Source of the DNA: Mobula hypostoma
Lineage: Eukaryota
DNA length: 64,000 bases
Assembly (NCBI RefSeq): GCF_963921235.1
Contig: NC_086118.1
Location: forward strand, 28,894,001-28,958,000
Direction: 5' to 3'
The notes beneath the pieces were generated by a model, which worked only from the letters and a program-made list of their open reading frames with translations, was not told the origin of the DNA and ran no database searches. Position 1 is the stretch's first letter, and each line of letters begins with the position of its first letter. This document shows, one piece after another, positions 11,686 to 22,629 of the stretch. A program made the translations under genes and the position numbers.

Positions 11686-12945
11686 GGAGACAGTTATGGC
11701 ATTATCCACTACCTTTCTTAATTCACTTTCCATTCACTCTATTACTGGAGATATGTCATGCAAATGGTGAATGGATCTCCAATCAAGTTGTAGTTATCTC
11801 AGCGAATCACAGCCCCACAGTGCTGGCCCTTCTGTTTTTTTTACCACATACAAGCCCAATATGGCTTGCTGATTGTTCTATTTCGCTTTTATAAATGTCA
11901 TTCTCACAGGAGTTAACTTTTCTCCAGTATGTTCTTAGTTTGATATCTGCAGGCTTCAGTTCAGTATCTGAAACAGCCAAGCCAGTATCCAATTACATTT
12001 TAATTAACTTGCTGTTCATTTCTGGTGTAAGCCATATTGCTTGTTTATTGTTAGTATTCACACTGTAAGTCTCAAGGCTATTCTGTCCTGTGTCGCTCTC
12101 ATCGTATCAAATTTTTCATCAACAGCATGCAGTTTAGTGCTCTTTTGAAAACTGCAACATGACTTTTTATCTATTTTTTCTTCCCTGTGCAGTCTGTTTA
12201 TTTTTGTCTTCCCAACATGCTCTTTGTCCGTCTCCTACTTTGTTGCACTTTCTGCATGTCTCACCTTTAAATCTTCATTTTTATGGTGTGTGCAAGTCTC
12301 TGTCACAACAGTAACACAATTTGTTTGGTCAGGCAGGGCTCCATCTAGATGCTGAAATTTTGATCATGCTTAATTTCATTCCTGACTGCAATTTAATTGC
12401 ATCGCTGTCTGCTGTTTCCATTGATACAGCTATTTCAATTGCTCTTTTAAATGTAAATTTTGCTTTAGTTACGAGCTGTTTTTGAATGCTTCTTGTAAGA
12501 GGTTACAAACTAAATAATCTCTCAATGAATCATTAAACCCATCACTAAACTGGCAATGCTCAGACAATTTCTTCAATTCGGCGACTTACACTGAAATGGA
12601 CTCCTCTTCCTTTTGACTTTACTTATGAAACCTAAAGCATTCCACAATCAACAGTAATTTTGGGTTCAAAATGTTCAGAATCAGAATCAGGTTTATTATC
12701 ACTGGCACGTGTCATGAAATTTGTTTCATTATATCAGCCAAGCTAATTTCAGCTGGTATGGTTGGAGCAGTCAGATGTCTAAGCAAACTGTATGACTTCA
12801 AATCCAATGCACCCAGCAGAATTGGCACTCACTTCTCATTGGCTATTTCATTTGTTTTAAATTCTGCTCAATCCGTTCAGTATACAAAACTCAGTTATCT
12901 GTTGTGTAATCAAACGCGTCAATCTTTGCAATGTAGTTAGCCATT
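11686..12945 (-). pseudogene. Gypsy gag (capsid, CCHC knuckle) and aspartic protease, decayed
   Basis: MANYIAKIDAFD..YTERIEQ; FRFHK..EEESIS..AELKKLSEHCQF; AIEIAVSMETA; CRKCNKVG; LDTGLAVS protease motif; LQLDWRSIHHL. Confidence 0.88.
12675..12724 (-). mobile_element. 50-bp Rex/Babar LINE tail inserted in gag
   Basis: tcagaatcagaatcaggtttattatcactggcacgtgtcatgaaatttgt nearly matches the LINE end at 1660-1704. Confidence 0.8.
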
Positions 12946-13183
12946 CCTGTTCTTTTTTTTATGATTATGATCGCCCAGTACCTACTGTTTATGGAGCTGT
13001 GAATGCCTATTCTTTACTTGGTCAACTTAGCCTTTGTGAAGAAAACTTGCTTCTCTGAAGAAAAAAAAAGTGTTGTGCTCGTTTTTTAACTTGACCATTT
13101 CTCATCGTGCTTTTTTTTTAATGCAAACATCTCTGCACTTCAACAGTCCACTCAGATTTGTTTTAAAAAACCCTTGTAGCCAT

Positions 13184-13430
13184 TGTTATGTTTTGTAACC
13201 TCAAAGCATAAAAACTAATTGTAAGAAAAAGAAGGAGCCAGAAATGCAAGTCTAACTCAATTTTTTTTAAAGTGAAACATGCACATATAATGTGGTGGTA
13301 TGATGACACATGCCATTTACATAACTTTACAGGTAACCCACCCACAATGCATTCTGTAAACAATAAAGAATGCTTAATCAAACAATGTATTTAAAATTAC
13401 TCAAATGTTATTGAAGTATTAAATGTGCAA
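13184..13430 (-). repeat. 5' LTR of the Gypsy element
   Basis: Direct repeat of 10534-10783, roughly 80% identical by eye; outer terminal dinucleotide decayed; followed on minus strand by PBS-like tggctacaaggg. Confidence 0.9.
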
Positions 13431-13479
13431 GAGGGACTTTAGCAAATCAGTCCATCAATCCATGAAGACAATAGCATAC

Positions 13480-13885
13480 AAAAATTATATGGATATTTGC
13501 TTTCGTAATCCAGGACATAGATAAGGGAGGTTATGGTATAATTTGATAAAATATTTTTAAGTCACAGATGAACACAATTCTGGACTTCATATACAGTAAT
13601 AGAATGGACAAGATTACACTGGAGAAGGTAAAGAAAAGATTTACCAGCATGTTTCCTGGGACATTGCATTTTAATTGTAAAAAGATACTGAATAAGCTGG
13701 GTTTGTTTTCCTTGAGTGGAAGAGGAAGATGGATGGATACGGTTCTGGTGGTAGCTGTGTGGGTATGGGCTAGACATATAAATTGTTTACGAGGGGCATA
13801 GAACATGTAGATAATAGAAAATGTTTATCCATAGCCGAGGTATTTATACTAGAAAATATAGGTTTAAGGTGTAAGGAATAAGACT
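13480..13885 (+). mobile_element. Old CR1 LINE fragment
   Basis: LEKVKKRFTSMFPG..LNKLGLFSL in ORF 13568-13801. Confidence 0.75.
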
Positions 13886-14009
13886 TAATAAGAGACTATG
13901 TCTTTCTTCAAGTTGCTGGTTAGAGCACCTCTTCTGAATTGTCTTCTTCAATGCTTTCTGTTACCTCTACAAAAAATTCAATCAGATTGGTCAGATGGGA
14001 TTTTTAAAA

Positions 14010-14293
14010 TTTTTATTCATTTAGAGACACTGAGTAAAATAAGTCCTGCTGGTTCCTCAGGCCCCACCACCCAACAACCCCAATTTAACCCTAACCTCAT
14101 CACGGGACAATTTACAATGACCAATTAGCTACCCGTATGTCTCTGGACTGTGGGAGGAAATTGGAGAACCCAGAGAAAACCTATGCATTCCATGTGGAGG
14201 ACATACAGAATCTCTTTGGAGAGGATGCTGGGATTGAACTCTGAATTCCAATGCCCTGAGCTGTAATAAAATCACACTAACTGCTAGGCTACC
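14010..14293 (-). mobile_element. tRNA-derived V-SINE (HE1-like)
   Basis: gggacaatttacaatgaccaattag..gtatgtctctggactgtgggaggaaa..acccagagaaaacc central domain, shared with other SINE copies in the window. Confidence 0.75.
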
Positions 14294-14359
14294 AAGACAC
14301 ATTTTTAATTTGTCTCTGCCTTTCCAAATGATTATTATTTCTGTCATTACCCAATAACT

Positions 14360-14580
14360 TCCCTGTCACTGATGATAGACTCACAGGCTTTTACCTAGCT
14401 TTTTCTTGCTGCCTTTCTTAAAGAAAGAAACCACATTGCCATCTTCCCATCCTCTGGTACCTCATTTGTGGCTGGTGATGAATTAAAAATCACAGTCAGG
14501 ATCTCAGTAGCCTTATCCCTAGCCTCTTTTAGCAGCCTGGATTTATCTGTCTTGAAATTAGTAAAAGGATTGAATATCAT
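14360..14580 (-). mobile_element. CR1 ORF2 internal fragment
   Basis: RLLKEA..EILTVIFNSS..EVPEDGK in ORF 14395-14580. Confidence 0.65.
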
Positions 14581-14837
14581 TATTTTTGGAGATTTACATT
14601 AGAACTTTATCTTCCCCTTTCACTGTATAAACAAGATCATGCATTGCAAAGCTCCCAAAAGTTCCTTGCTGTATTTCCAGTTGAGTGATATGCTGTGTCA
14701 CCTTCTGCCTGCTACTGTTTTTTTTTCATTTTTGGCAAGTTCTTGCAGCTGCCAGTAGTTGGCATAACACCTGAAACCTCGGCACCAAGCACTTAAAGTG
14801 ACATACATATAGCACTCTTCTAGGCATTGGGTTACAT

Positions 14838-15029
14838 CAGGGGTGGCCAACCTTTTACATTCCATGGGTCAATTTTTTCACTCATGAGTTCAGATGTGCC
14901 ATACAACTCTTGTACTCCCATTCAATTCTTGTAAAAATATGTTAATATAGAGCTCGTGTGAAAAAAATCGCATCTGAACTTGCGCATGAAAAAATTGATG
15001 CATGGAATGTAACAGGTTGGCCATCCCTG
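14838..15029. mobile_element. hAT-type MITE, 192 bp, 8-bp TSD GGTTACAT
   Basis: caggggtggccaacc...ggttggccatccctg termini; ~60-bp imperfect inverted arms; exact TSD 14830-14837 / 15030-15037. Confidence 0.92.
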
Positions 15030-16525
15030 GGTTACATGGTAGCTAAGAGAATAGATGCTGCAATGATTGGTTGTGGTTGGGAACGTGTTCTCATGGCAAA
15101 AGGGCCTAGACAGTTTGGTGAAGACCCATAAGAGGCATGTTCTCTGTTGGAGCCCTCCAGAAGCATATCCAGGTGCAATGGCAGGGAAAGGGGAGGGAAG
15201 TTTTAGCAAGGACTAATTCCACAAAGTGAAGTTTAGGAATGCCTGCAATGGATGAAAATCCAAGAGCTTGCCTCACTTTGTCCTTGGGGATGGAAGCAGA
15301 AGTGGGCAAAACAAGCAGAAGGTAGAAGTGAATGACAAGTTCTGAGACGTGGTAGAGATCATCAGCATCAGCAGGAGCCTGAAGTAATCCTATGGCTGGA
15401 GTGTGGGAGTAACCATGACCTTGATTCTATGATCATGCACACATGTGAGACTATGAGCAACAATGAAGAAAGTGGACGATCACCCTTTAAATAAAATGAT
15501 TTCAATCAGGCAGAAAATCACATTGTGTATAGACTTTGGTTTAATCATCTGGGGAATTTTATGCTCAGGAAAAAGTGAAACTCGTATTTATGCGCAAAAA
15601 GACACCCAGAAATCAGGTTATGCCAATTTTCAACTGCGTGTCAGCGTTTTTTTTCAAAGTGTGTGAGTAATTTCTTGTGTTTATTTTCCGCCATATTACT
15701 TCAATATTTGTGGGATGATTTAAAGACATTTAAAACTATATATATAATCTACATCTTAAATTGGTGTGGTGAATATTATCATTTTACAGCACTGCTGAAC
15801 TGCAGCTGAGATAGAAAGCTCAGGACTTGTAAAGTTGTCATGCTGTAATAACAGTCTCCTTCCTGTGGCAGCACTGATGCACCACCTCAACAGGAGCGAA
15901 GAAAATTAAACTGTTGGGGGAACTTGGGTTGGGGGTACGGGGACTGCAGAGCAACATCTGTGGAGGCAGAGTGAGTGTCAATGTTTCTGGTCGAGACCTT
16001 GATTCAGAAATGGGTGTTCAGAGGGAAGAAAGTATATACCAGCCACTTAGAGCACATTGTAATTCCATCACAGGAGTGCAAAGGCAAATTTCTATTTTGA
16101 AAATGGCCATGGAAATACAGTTGACATTTCAAATGGGATAGATCTTTCAGTGTGATATAACTGCTGACCTCTGACCCATGTGCCCCAATGTCTGACCTGG
16201 GGTGCAGTCCTCTGTCACGAGCCCAGCTTGGATCACCACAGTGATGACAGTTGGCTTCATTCACATAATGGCTTTGACAGCTTGAGAAACCCCACCCTCC
16301 GTCTCACAAACTATCCAAGCTGCCTGTATGATCAGGACTATTGAATATGAAATTTTTGGAAAATCACAGTCATCTAGTAACATTCAAGATTTTTGTTAAA
16401 AATTAATAAAAGCCTTAATTTACTGAATTGTTTAAATTATGTTTTAAAAGTAAAATCTATTGAAATCATTAAAGTTAAATATATAAATAATAAAAGCACA
16501 ATTCATTGATGCTTATCATTCTTTC

Positions 16526-17340
16526 CATAAGACCACATGATCATAGACATAGAAGTAATATTAGGCCACCTGGCCCATTGAATTGGCTCTGCCGTTCAGT
16601 CATGGCTGTTTCCCTGTCAACCTCATTCTCCTGCCTTCTCTCCATAAGCTTTGATGCCCTTACCAATTAAGAACTTATCAACCTTCATTTTAAATATACC
16701 CAATGGCTTGCCCTCCACAATCAGTTATGGCAATGAAATCCACATATTCACCACCCACCGGCTAAAGTAATTCTTCCTTACTTCCATTCTAAAGGGGCGT
16801 CCTTCTATTCTGAGTCTGTGCCCCCTGGTATTAGACTCTCCCAAAACTGGAAGCATCCTCTCCATGTGCAGTCTGTACAGGACTTTCAAAATGTGCTGGT
16901 TTCAATGCAATCACCCCTCATTCTTCTAAACTCCAGCGAGTACAGGCCCAGCACCATCAAACGCTCCTCATATGTAACCCTTTCACTCCCTGGATCATTC
17001 TCTGAAACATCTTCTGCACCTCCTCCAATGCCAGCTCAATCCTTCTTAGATATGGGGCCCGGAACTGCTCACAATACTCCAAACAACACACATAAAAGTT
17101 GCATAAAATAACACACCTAAAAGTCAGGACGAAGGGTCTCGGCCCGAAATGTCGACTGTACCTCTTCCTAGGGATGCTGCCTGGCCTGCTGCGTTCACCA
17201 GCAACTTTTATGTGTGCTGATTGAAATTCCAGCATCTGCAGATTCCCTCATGTTTGCATTTTACAATACTCCAAATGTTGTTTGGCTAATACCTTATAAA
17301 GCCTCAGCATTATGTGGTTGCTTTTATATTTTAGTACTTT
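16526..17340 (-). mobile_element. CR1 LINE 3' part, with nested mini-Penelope
   Basis: cataagacc-type tail; similar to 42811-43393 and 34295-34930. Confidence 0.85.
17084..17262 (+). mobile_element. Mini Penelope-derived insertion with hammerhead-like motif, 13-bp TSD
   Basis: acaatactccaaa duplicated at 17071-17083 and 17263-17275; gacgaagggtctcggcccgaaatgtcgactg; inverted arms cacacataaaagttgc / gcaacttttatgtgtg. Confidence 0.85.
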
Positions 17341-18544
17341 CGAAATACATTCTTGCCTACACCAGGTATAACTGGTAAATCAAAGTAGGGAGATAAGAGG
17401 AGCTGTGGAAAAACAGGTTAGTGAGTGGAATACACATTGAATCAGGGGTGCGGGGTGACACATTCCAGGAAATGGCTGTTTGAGTTTCAAGCATGATTAA
17501 GAAACGATATTTGGTGCTTAACAAAATCTTCTGCAAGAAAAAACAATTTTAAATTACATACTGTAACAACGACAAAACTTTAACGATTTCATTTTTAAGT
17601 TTTATTCTCTGACAATTAGTCTATCGAAAAAATGCTTACTGGGGCTTTCCTAGATGTTACGTGCTTCTGCATAGTTGAGTAACAAGATCTATGACTGAAG
17701 CATTTTATTTTAGGGTTATGTTTAAAAGACATCTAAAATAGAAACTGGTATAATCAAGTTCTCACTGCAGTTGTGCTATGCCAAATTCAATATTTGTTCT
17801 GGAATGGAATACAGAGGTACAGAATTGTGCTCTAATTTGAAGACTAAAGCTACACATTACTGTGTCCATGAGTCTATCTGTGCTTATGCAGTCTTGTAAG
17901 ATTTAATATTTCCTGAGTTAATTACATGCATTACAAAGAAGACTGCAAGCTTTATTTAAAGTTTGAGTTTCAAATTTGCTCATTAAAATGTATACCCAGA
18001 ATTGCATCATAAAGAACCTTTTTTAAGTGTTCTTCACTTTTCAATTTCAGAAAAAAAAATCAAGAGCTTTTTATTTGCAATCGTAGAGCCCCCACTTTTT
18101 CTCTGCTGCCTGGATGCACCTAAGATCCTGAATGTTTATGGTTACAACTGGCAGAATGTAAAAAACGTCTGGACAACTCTTCCATCATTTTATTTACACA
18201 TGCACATCACAAAGTTGTTGTCCACTTGTGCCAAAGTTGGCCTTCATGGCTCTTGTAGGTTTTTACTTCAGAATTCCTTAAAGAGCATTCAATTGTGCAA
18301 GTTCAGTCTGGTGCTGGAAAGCTGCCTTACGTACATCACTCTCAGTTAATATAACATTCCTGGCATAAACCAAATTCTGTACATGTTATAGAGCTCAAAG
18401 TACTCCTTTTGAACTCAAATCAGGCACATGTAGTCTGTTTAAATAAAGCCCTCATATTTCTCACAAGTGTATGAATATATAACTAGTATTAGTTGAAGTA
18501 CAAATTTTAATTCATAAAAAAATTGATTGAAAGGAGGAAAGCCA

Positions 18545-19138
18545 GATTAGAAAGATTAGTTTTATTTTTCACATATCTATATAAACATGTAGTTGCGTGT
18601 TCAAATCACATCAGGGTCACCAATGTAGTCGCGCCGATACGTGACGAGCAAAAACAACACTCTGAGTCGAGCAGGGTTTGGTTGAAAACATTTACTGTTT
18701 GAATCAGCGCGCGCTTAAGAAACCCGCTCCCAGCAACCCCCGCCCCTTGTGGGGCGGAAGCGTCGTCGGCTTCCGGGCAGAGGTCTGCCCCGCACGCAGA
18801 GCCTTCTCGGTTGCCACTGGCTGCGGGCTCGCCAGCGACTGCTGGAGCCGGTTCGCTTGCTGCATAGGTGAGCTGCCACAAACCTACAGTGAGATGTATC
18901 ATTTGCATCAATGACCAACACAGTCTGAAGATGCACTGGGGGCAGGTTGCAAGTGCTGCCATGCTCTTGGCGCCAACATTACATGCCCACCCCGCAATTT
19001 ACTAACATGGACCCATACATCTTTGGGATGTGAGAGGAAAGCAGAGCACCCAGAGGAACTTTTTACAGGCAATGGTGGGAATTGAAACCCAATCACTGAT
19101 ACTGTAAAGTGTTACACTATCCACTACGCTACAGTGCT
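18545..19138 (-). mobile_element. V-SINE-like element interrupted by an LTR insertion
   Basis: gattagttttatt tail; catctttgggatgtgagaggaaagcagagcacccagagg V-domain; split at 18588-18880. Confidence 0.7.
18588..18880 (-). mobile_element. Collapsed Gypsy element: full LTR 18624-18880 + PBS + LTR stub
   Basis: TG...CA 257-bp CpG-rich LTR; minus-strand ctaca|ttggtgaccctg PBS; second LTR-end stub tgtagttgcg at 18588; flanks aaca/aacc. Confidence 0.75.
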
Positions 19139-20297
19139 GGCCTAGTGTTCTGAATTCTTCCCAAATATATGATCAAGGATAAATATTATGTACAGTTACT
19201 TTGAATAGAAATGAGCCCAACCCATATTACAAGCATCATGCAGTGATTGACTAGCCGAAATGATATAATTTAGGCCAGTTAAAAAATTTTAGGGTTATGC
19301 AATAATTCGGATTAAAGCAGCATAATTAAACACAAAATTGCTTGCTTGTGCCTTGCAGTTGCAGAGTAATATGAAGTGAGCAGCTATTTTTAGATCAAAC
19401 TGCTGAACAATAATACAAAGAATTTCCTTTTAAATGTGAGTTTTGTAAATGTTTCATCCAACATGACAGTGCTGTGCTTTCTATTTACATAGAAACGATC
19501 TGATGGAACTACTTCCGTAACGACTTTCATGTACTTTTAAATGTTTTTATTGTATTCTTAGTAGTTCACTTGATGAATGTCAATAATTCTAAGGATAGAG
19601 CTAACTTTGATAACCATTCTGACTGTTAAAGCACTTCTCAAGAAGTTGGTTAAACGTAGATCATTTCCACTTCGTTACGGGATGGGAAAGGAATTCTTCT
19701 TTCTGTACATTACCTAGAAGACTAATAGATTACATTTAGAAAGATATGTTTTGAAATAGCATTGGCAGCCCCTCTAGGCTAACCTGCCATGCTTGACCAA
19801 CCCATGAATAATGTTGCATTCCTAATGGAAAAGGAAGAGTTTGCATGGTCCACATGCCTGACAATATTAAACTGTATGACTAAATGAAAGCTAGGCATAT
19901 TTTCATATTTAAAGCCATTCTGCAAATAATGAATGTGCTGACCTTGGTTAGGTGACAAATTTGACTGAAGCAGTTGTTGAGAACAGCAATGAAATACTGA
20001 TTTAATTTGTAAACCCAACTATACAGTAATTACTTCAAAGCAAACTAATTTTATATGTAATTTGCAGCATCATTGTCCTTGCCTTCAAGTCCCTGATAAT
20101 ACTTGCTCTTTATAATTTAATTGTGCACTCTCACCTGAAATGTAATAAACTTACCTTAAAACTTGTGATTTAATGGAGAAGTTGAAAGCATATTTTAGTA
20201 GATCAGTCAAATGTTCATTGTGTTTATTACTAACAGATGTAACTTATATTAACTCATCATTACTTATTTTTAGATGTTTGACATACACCCCTTCTTA

Positions 20298-21738
20298 AAA
20301 ACAACACACACAAAAATGCTGGAGGAACTTAACAGGCCAGGCAGCTTCTACGGAATAAAATACAATTGACATTTCGGGCTGAAACCCTTCGGCAGGACTG
20401 TAGAAAAAAAGCTGAGGACTAGATTTGAAAGGTGGGCGGATGGGAGAGAGATATACCAGGCGATAGGTGAAATTTGAAGAGGGAGGGATGAAGCAAAGAG
20501 CTAGGAAGTTGATTGTTGAAAGAGACAGAAGGCCATGGAAGAAAGAAGGGGATGGCAGGGGAGCACTAGAGGGAGGTGATGGCAGGCAAGGGGATAACAT
20601 GAGAGAGGGACAAGGGGATGGGAAATGGTGAAGTGGGGAGTGAGGGTGAAGGCATAACTGGACGTTTGAGAAATCAATGTTCATGGTATTAGGTTGGCAG
20701 CTACCCAAATGGAATATAAGGTTTTGTTCCTCCAACCTAAGTGTGTCCTTATCCCGGGTGTGGAGGAGGCCATGGATGGACATATTGGAATGGGAATAGG
20801 AAGTGGAATTAAAATGGGTGGCCATTGAGAGATCCCACTTGTTCTGGCTGATGGAGCGTAGATGCTCAGTGAAGCAGTCTCCCAATCTATGTCGGGTCTC
20901 ACCGATATGCAAGAGGTCACACTGGGAGCACCAAACACAGTATATGACCCCCAACAGACTCACAGGTGAGGTGTCGCCTCACCTGGAAGAACTGTTTGGG
21001 ACCCTGAATGGTAGTGAGGGAAAAGGTGAGGGAGGATATGAAGCACTTGTTCTGCTTGCAAGGATAAGTGCCAGGAGGGAGGTCAGTGGGGAGGGATGAA
21101 TGGAGAAGGAGCGATCGCTGCGGAAAGCAGAAAGTGAGAGGGAGGGAAAGATGTGTTTAGTGGTGGGATCCAGTTGGAGGTGGCAGAAGTTTTGGAGAAC
21201 TATGTGCTGGATGCAGTGGCTGGTGGAGTGGTTGGTGACGACAAGAGCAACCGTATCCTCAGTAGCGTGGCGGGAGGATGGGGTAAGAGCAGATATGCGT
21301 GAAATGGAAGAGATGCGGTTGAGGGCAGCATTGATGGTAGAGGAAGGAAAGCCTCTTTCTTTGAGAAAGGAGGGCATCTCCTTTGTTCTAGAATGAAAAG
21401 CTTCATTCTGAAATCAGATGCAGTGAAGATGCAGGAATTGAGAGAAACAGATGGTGTTTTTACAAGTAGCAGGATGGGACGAGGTATGGTCCAGGTAGCT
21501 CTGAAAGTCCTTTGGTTTATAATAGACATTGGTGGATAAGCTGTCTCCAGAGATAGAGACAGTGAGATCCAGAAAAAGAAGGGAAATGTCAGAAATGGAC
21601 CAGGTGAATTTGAGGGCCGGTGGGAGTTGGAGGCAAAGGGAATGAAATCGAGAAGTTCTGCATGGGTGCAGAAAGCAGCACCAATGCAGTCCTTGATATA
21701 GCATAGGAAAAATGCGGGACTGTCACCAGTGTAGGATT
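20298..21738 (-). mobile_element. Penelope-like element (RT C-terminal part + GIY-YIG endonuclease + 3' hammerhead region)
   Basis: GVIYCVWCSQCDLLHIGETRHRLGDCFTEHLRSI (GIY-YIG); LKFTWSISDISLLFLDLTV; SYLDHTSSHP; FLKERGFPSS. Confidence 0.92.
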
Positions 21739-22629
21739 CTTAAAAACCATCTAAGCTATCAAACTGATTTATGTGTAAATCCCCAAAATTCGATCTGCTG
21801 GAGGGTCTCAATAGGTTGAGCAGCATCCGTCAGAGAAAAGGAATTGTTGATGTTTCAGGTTCCAGCACCTGCATTTTCGTGTAAATCCATTCTCAATGCA
21901 TTTAGTTTAACATGGTACTATTGAAGTTGTGTGACAGTTTACTGGTAGTTCAGAAGCTGGGAAATACAGCTAACAGCATCATTAATAACACTTTTTATGA
22001 GGTAAATTGTAGTATAGCATCACCACAAACAATGAAGATGTGAGCAGAGGTGAAGCTGAATCAAGGGATGAGCCATGCTGGTGCATTGCAGAGTCATAGC
22101 ACAATGTGTTCGAGGAGGTTTCAAAGACAGAGACGGACATGGGGTTGAACGAGCAATTCAAAGTTAAGTCAAGGCGGAGATATTTTGGAGCTTGTACACC
22201 TAAACCGGGTGAGAGGTTGGAGCCGATTTGGTGTGGTCAAGAACAGCTTTGGGCTGGCCGGTGAAGTCTAGGCCCTGCACTGGGGCCCGGTGGGGCATGA
22301 CCCGGTGTTTGGACAATTTAGACGCCAGCCCAGATAGACAGGAAAGGCAGGGTGCCAGGACCAGAGATGAGGGTCAGGCTGATTTCGTTCACTCTCCCAT
22401 GATGTTCATTCCTCTCTCCGCAGCACTGAGGCTGTGAGTCTGCTCCCACTGCTACGGGCTTTGTGTCTGCGAGCTTCGTGGCAGCTTGTCCTACTATATG
22501 ATGAACTGAGACCTTGGCTTTGGGCCTATTCTGGCTGCCCCAGTGAATCAGGTCAATTTGGTCCAGAGGGGTGTTGCTTGCTTCTATTGTTTACATGATT
22601 TGTGTTTTTTCTTCTTTCTCTGCACACTG

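Larger units (their letters stand above)
10534..13430 (-). mobile_element. Gypsy/Ty3 LTR retrotransposon, non-autonomous, carrying a captured RBM25 fragment
   Basis: Direct-repeat LTRs 10534-10783 and 13184-13430; PPT 10784-10798; PBS-like site ~13170-13183; gag/Zn-knuckle/protease remnants; pol C-terminal tail; gagg on both flanks (10530-10533, 13431-13434). Confidence 0.93.

Noticed and set aside
18624..18880. CpG-island promoter of a host gene
   Set aside because: The GC-rich patch is bounded exactly by TG...CA LTR ends with a PBS and interrupts a SINE.
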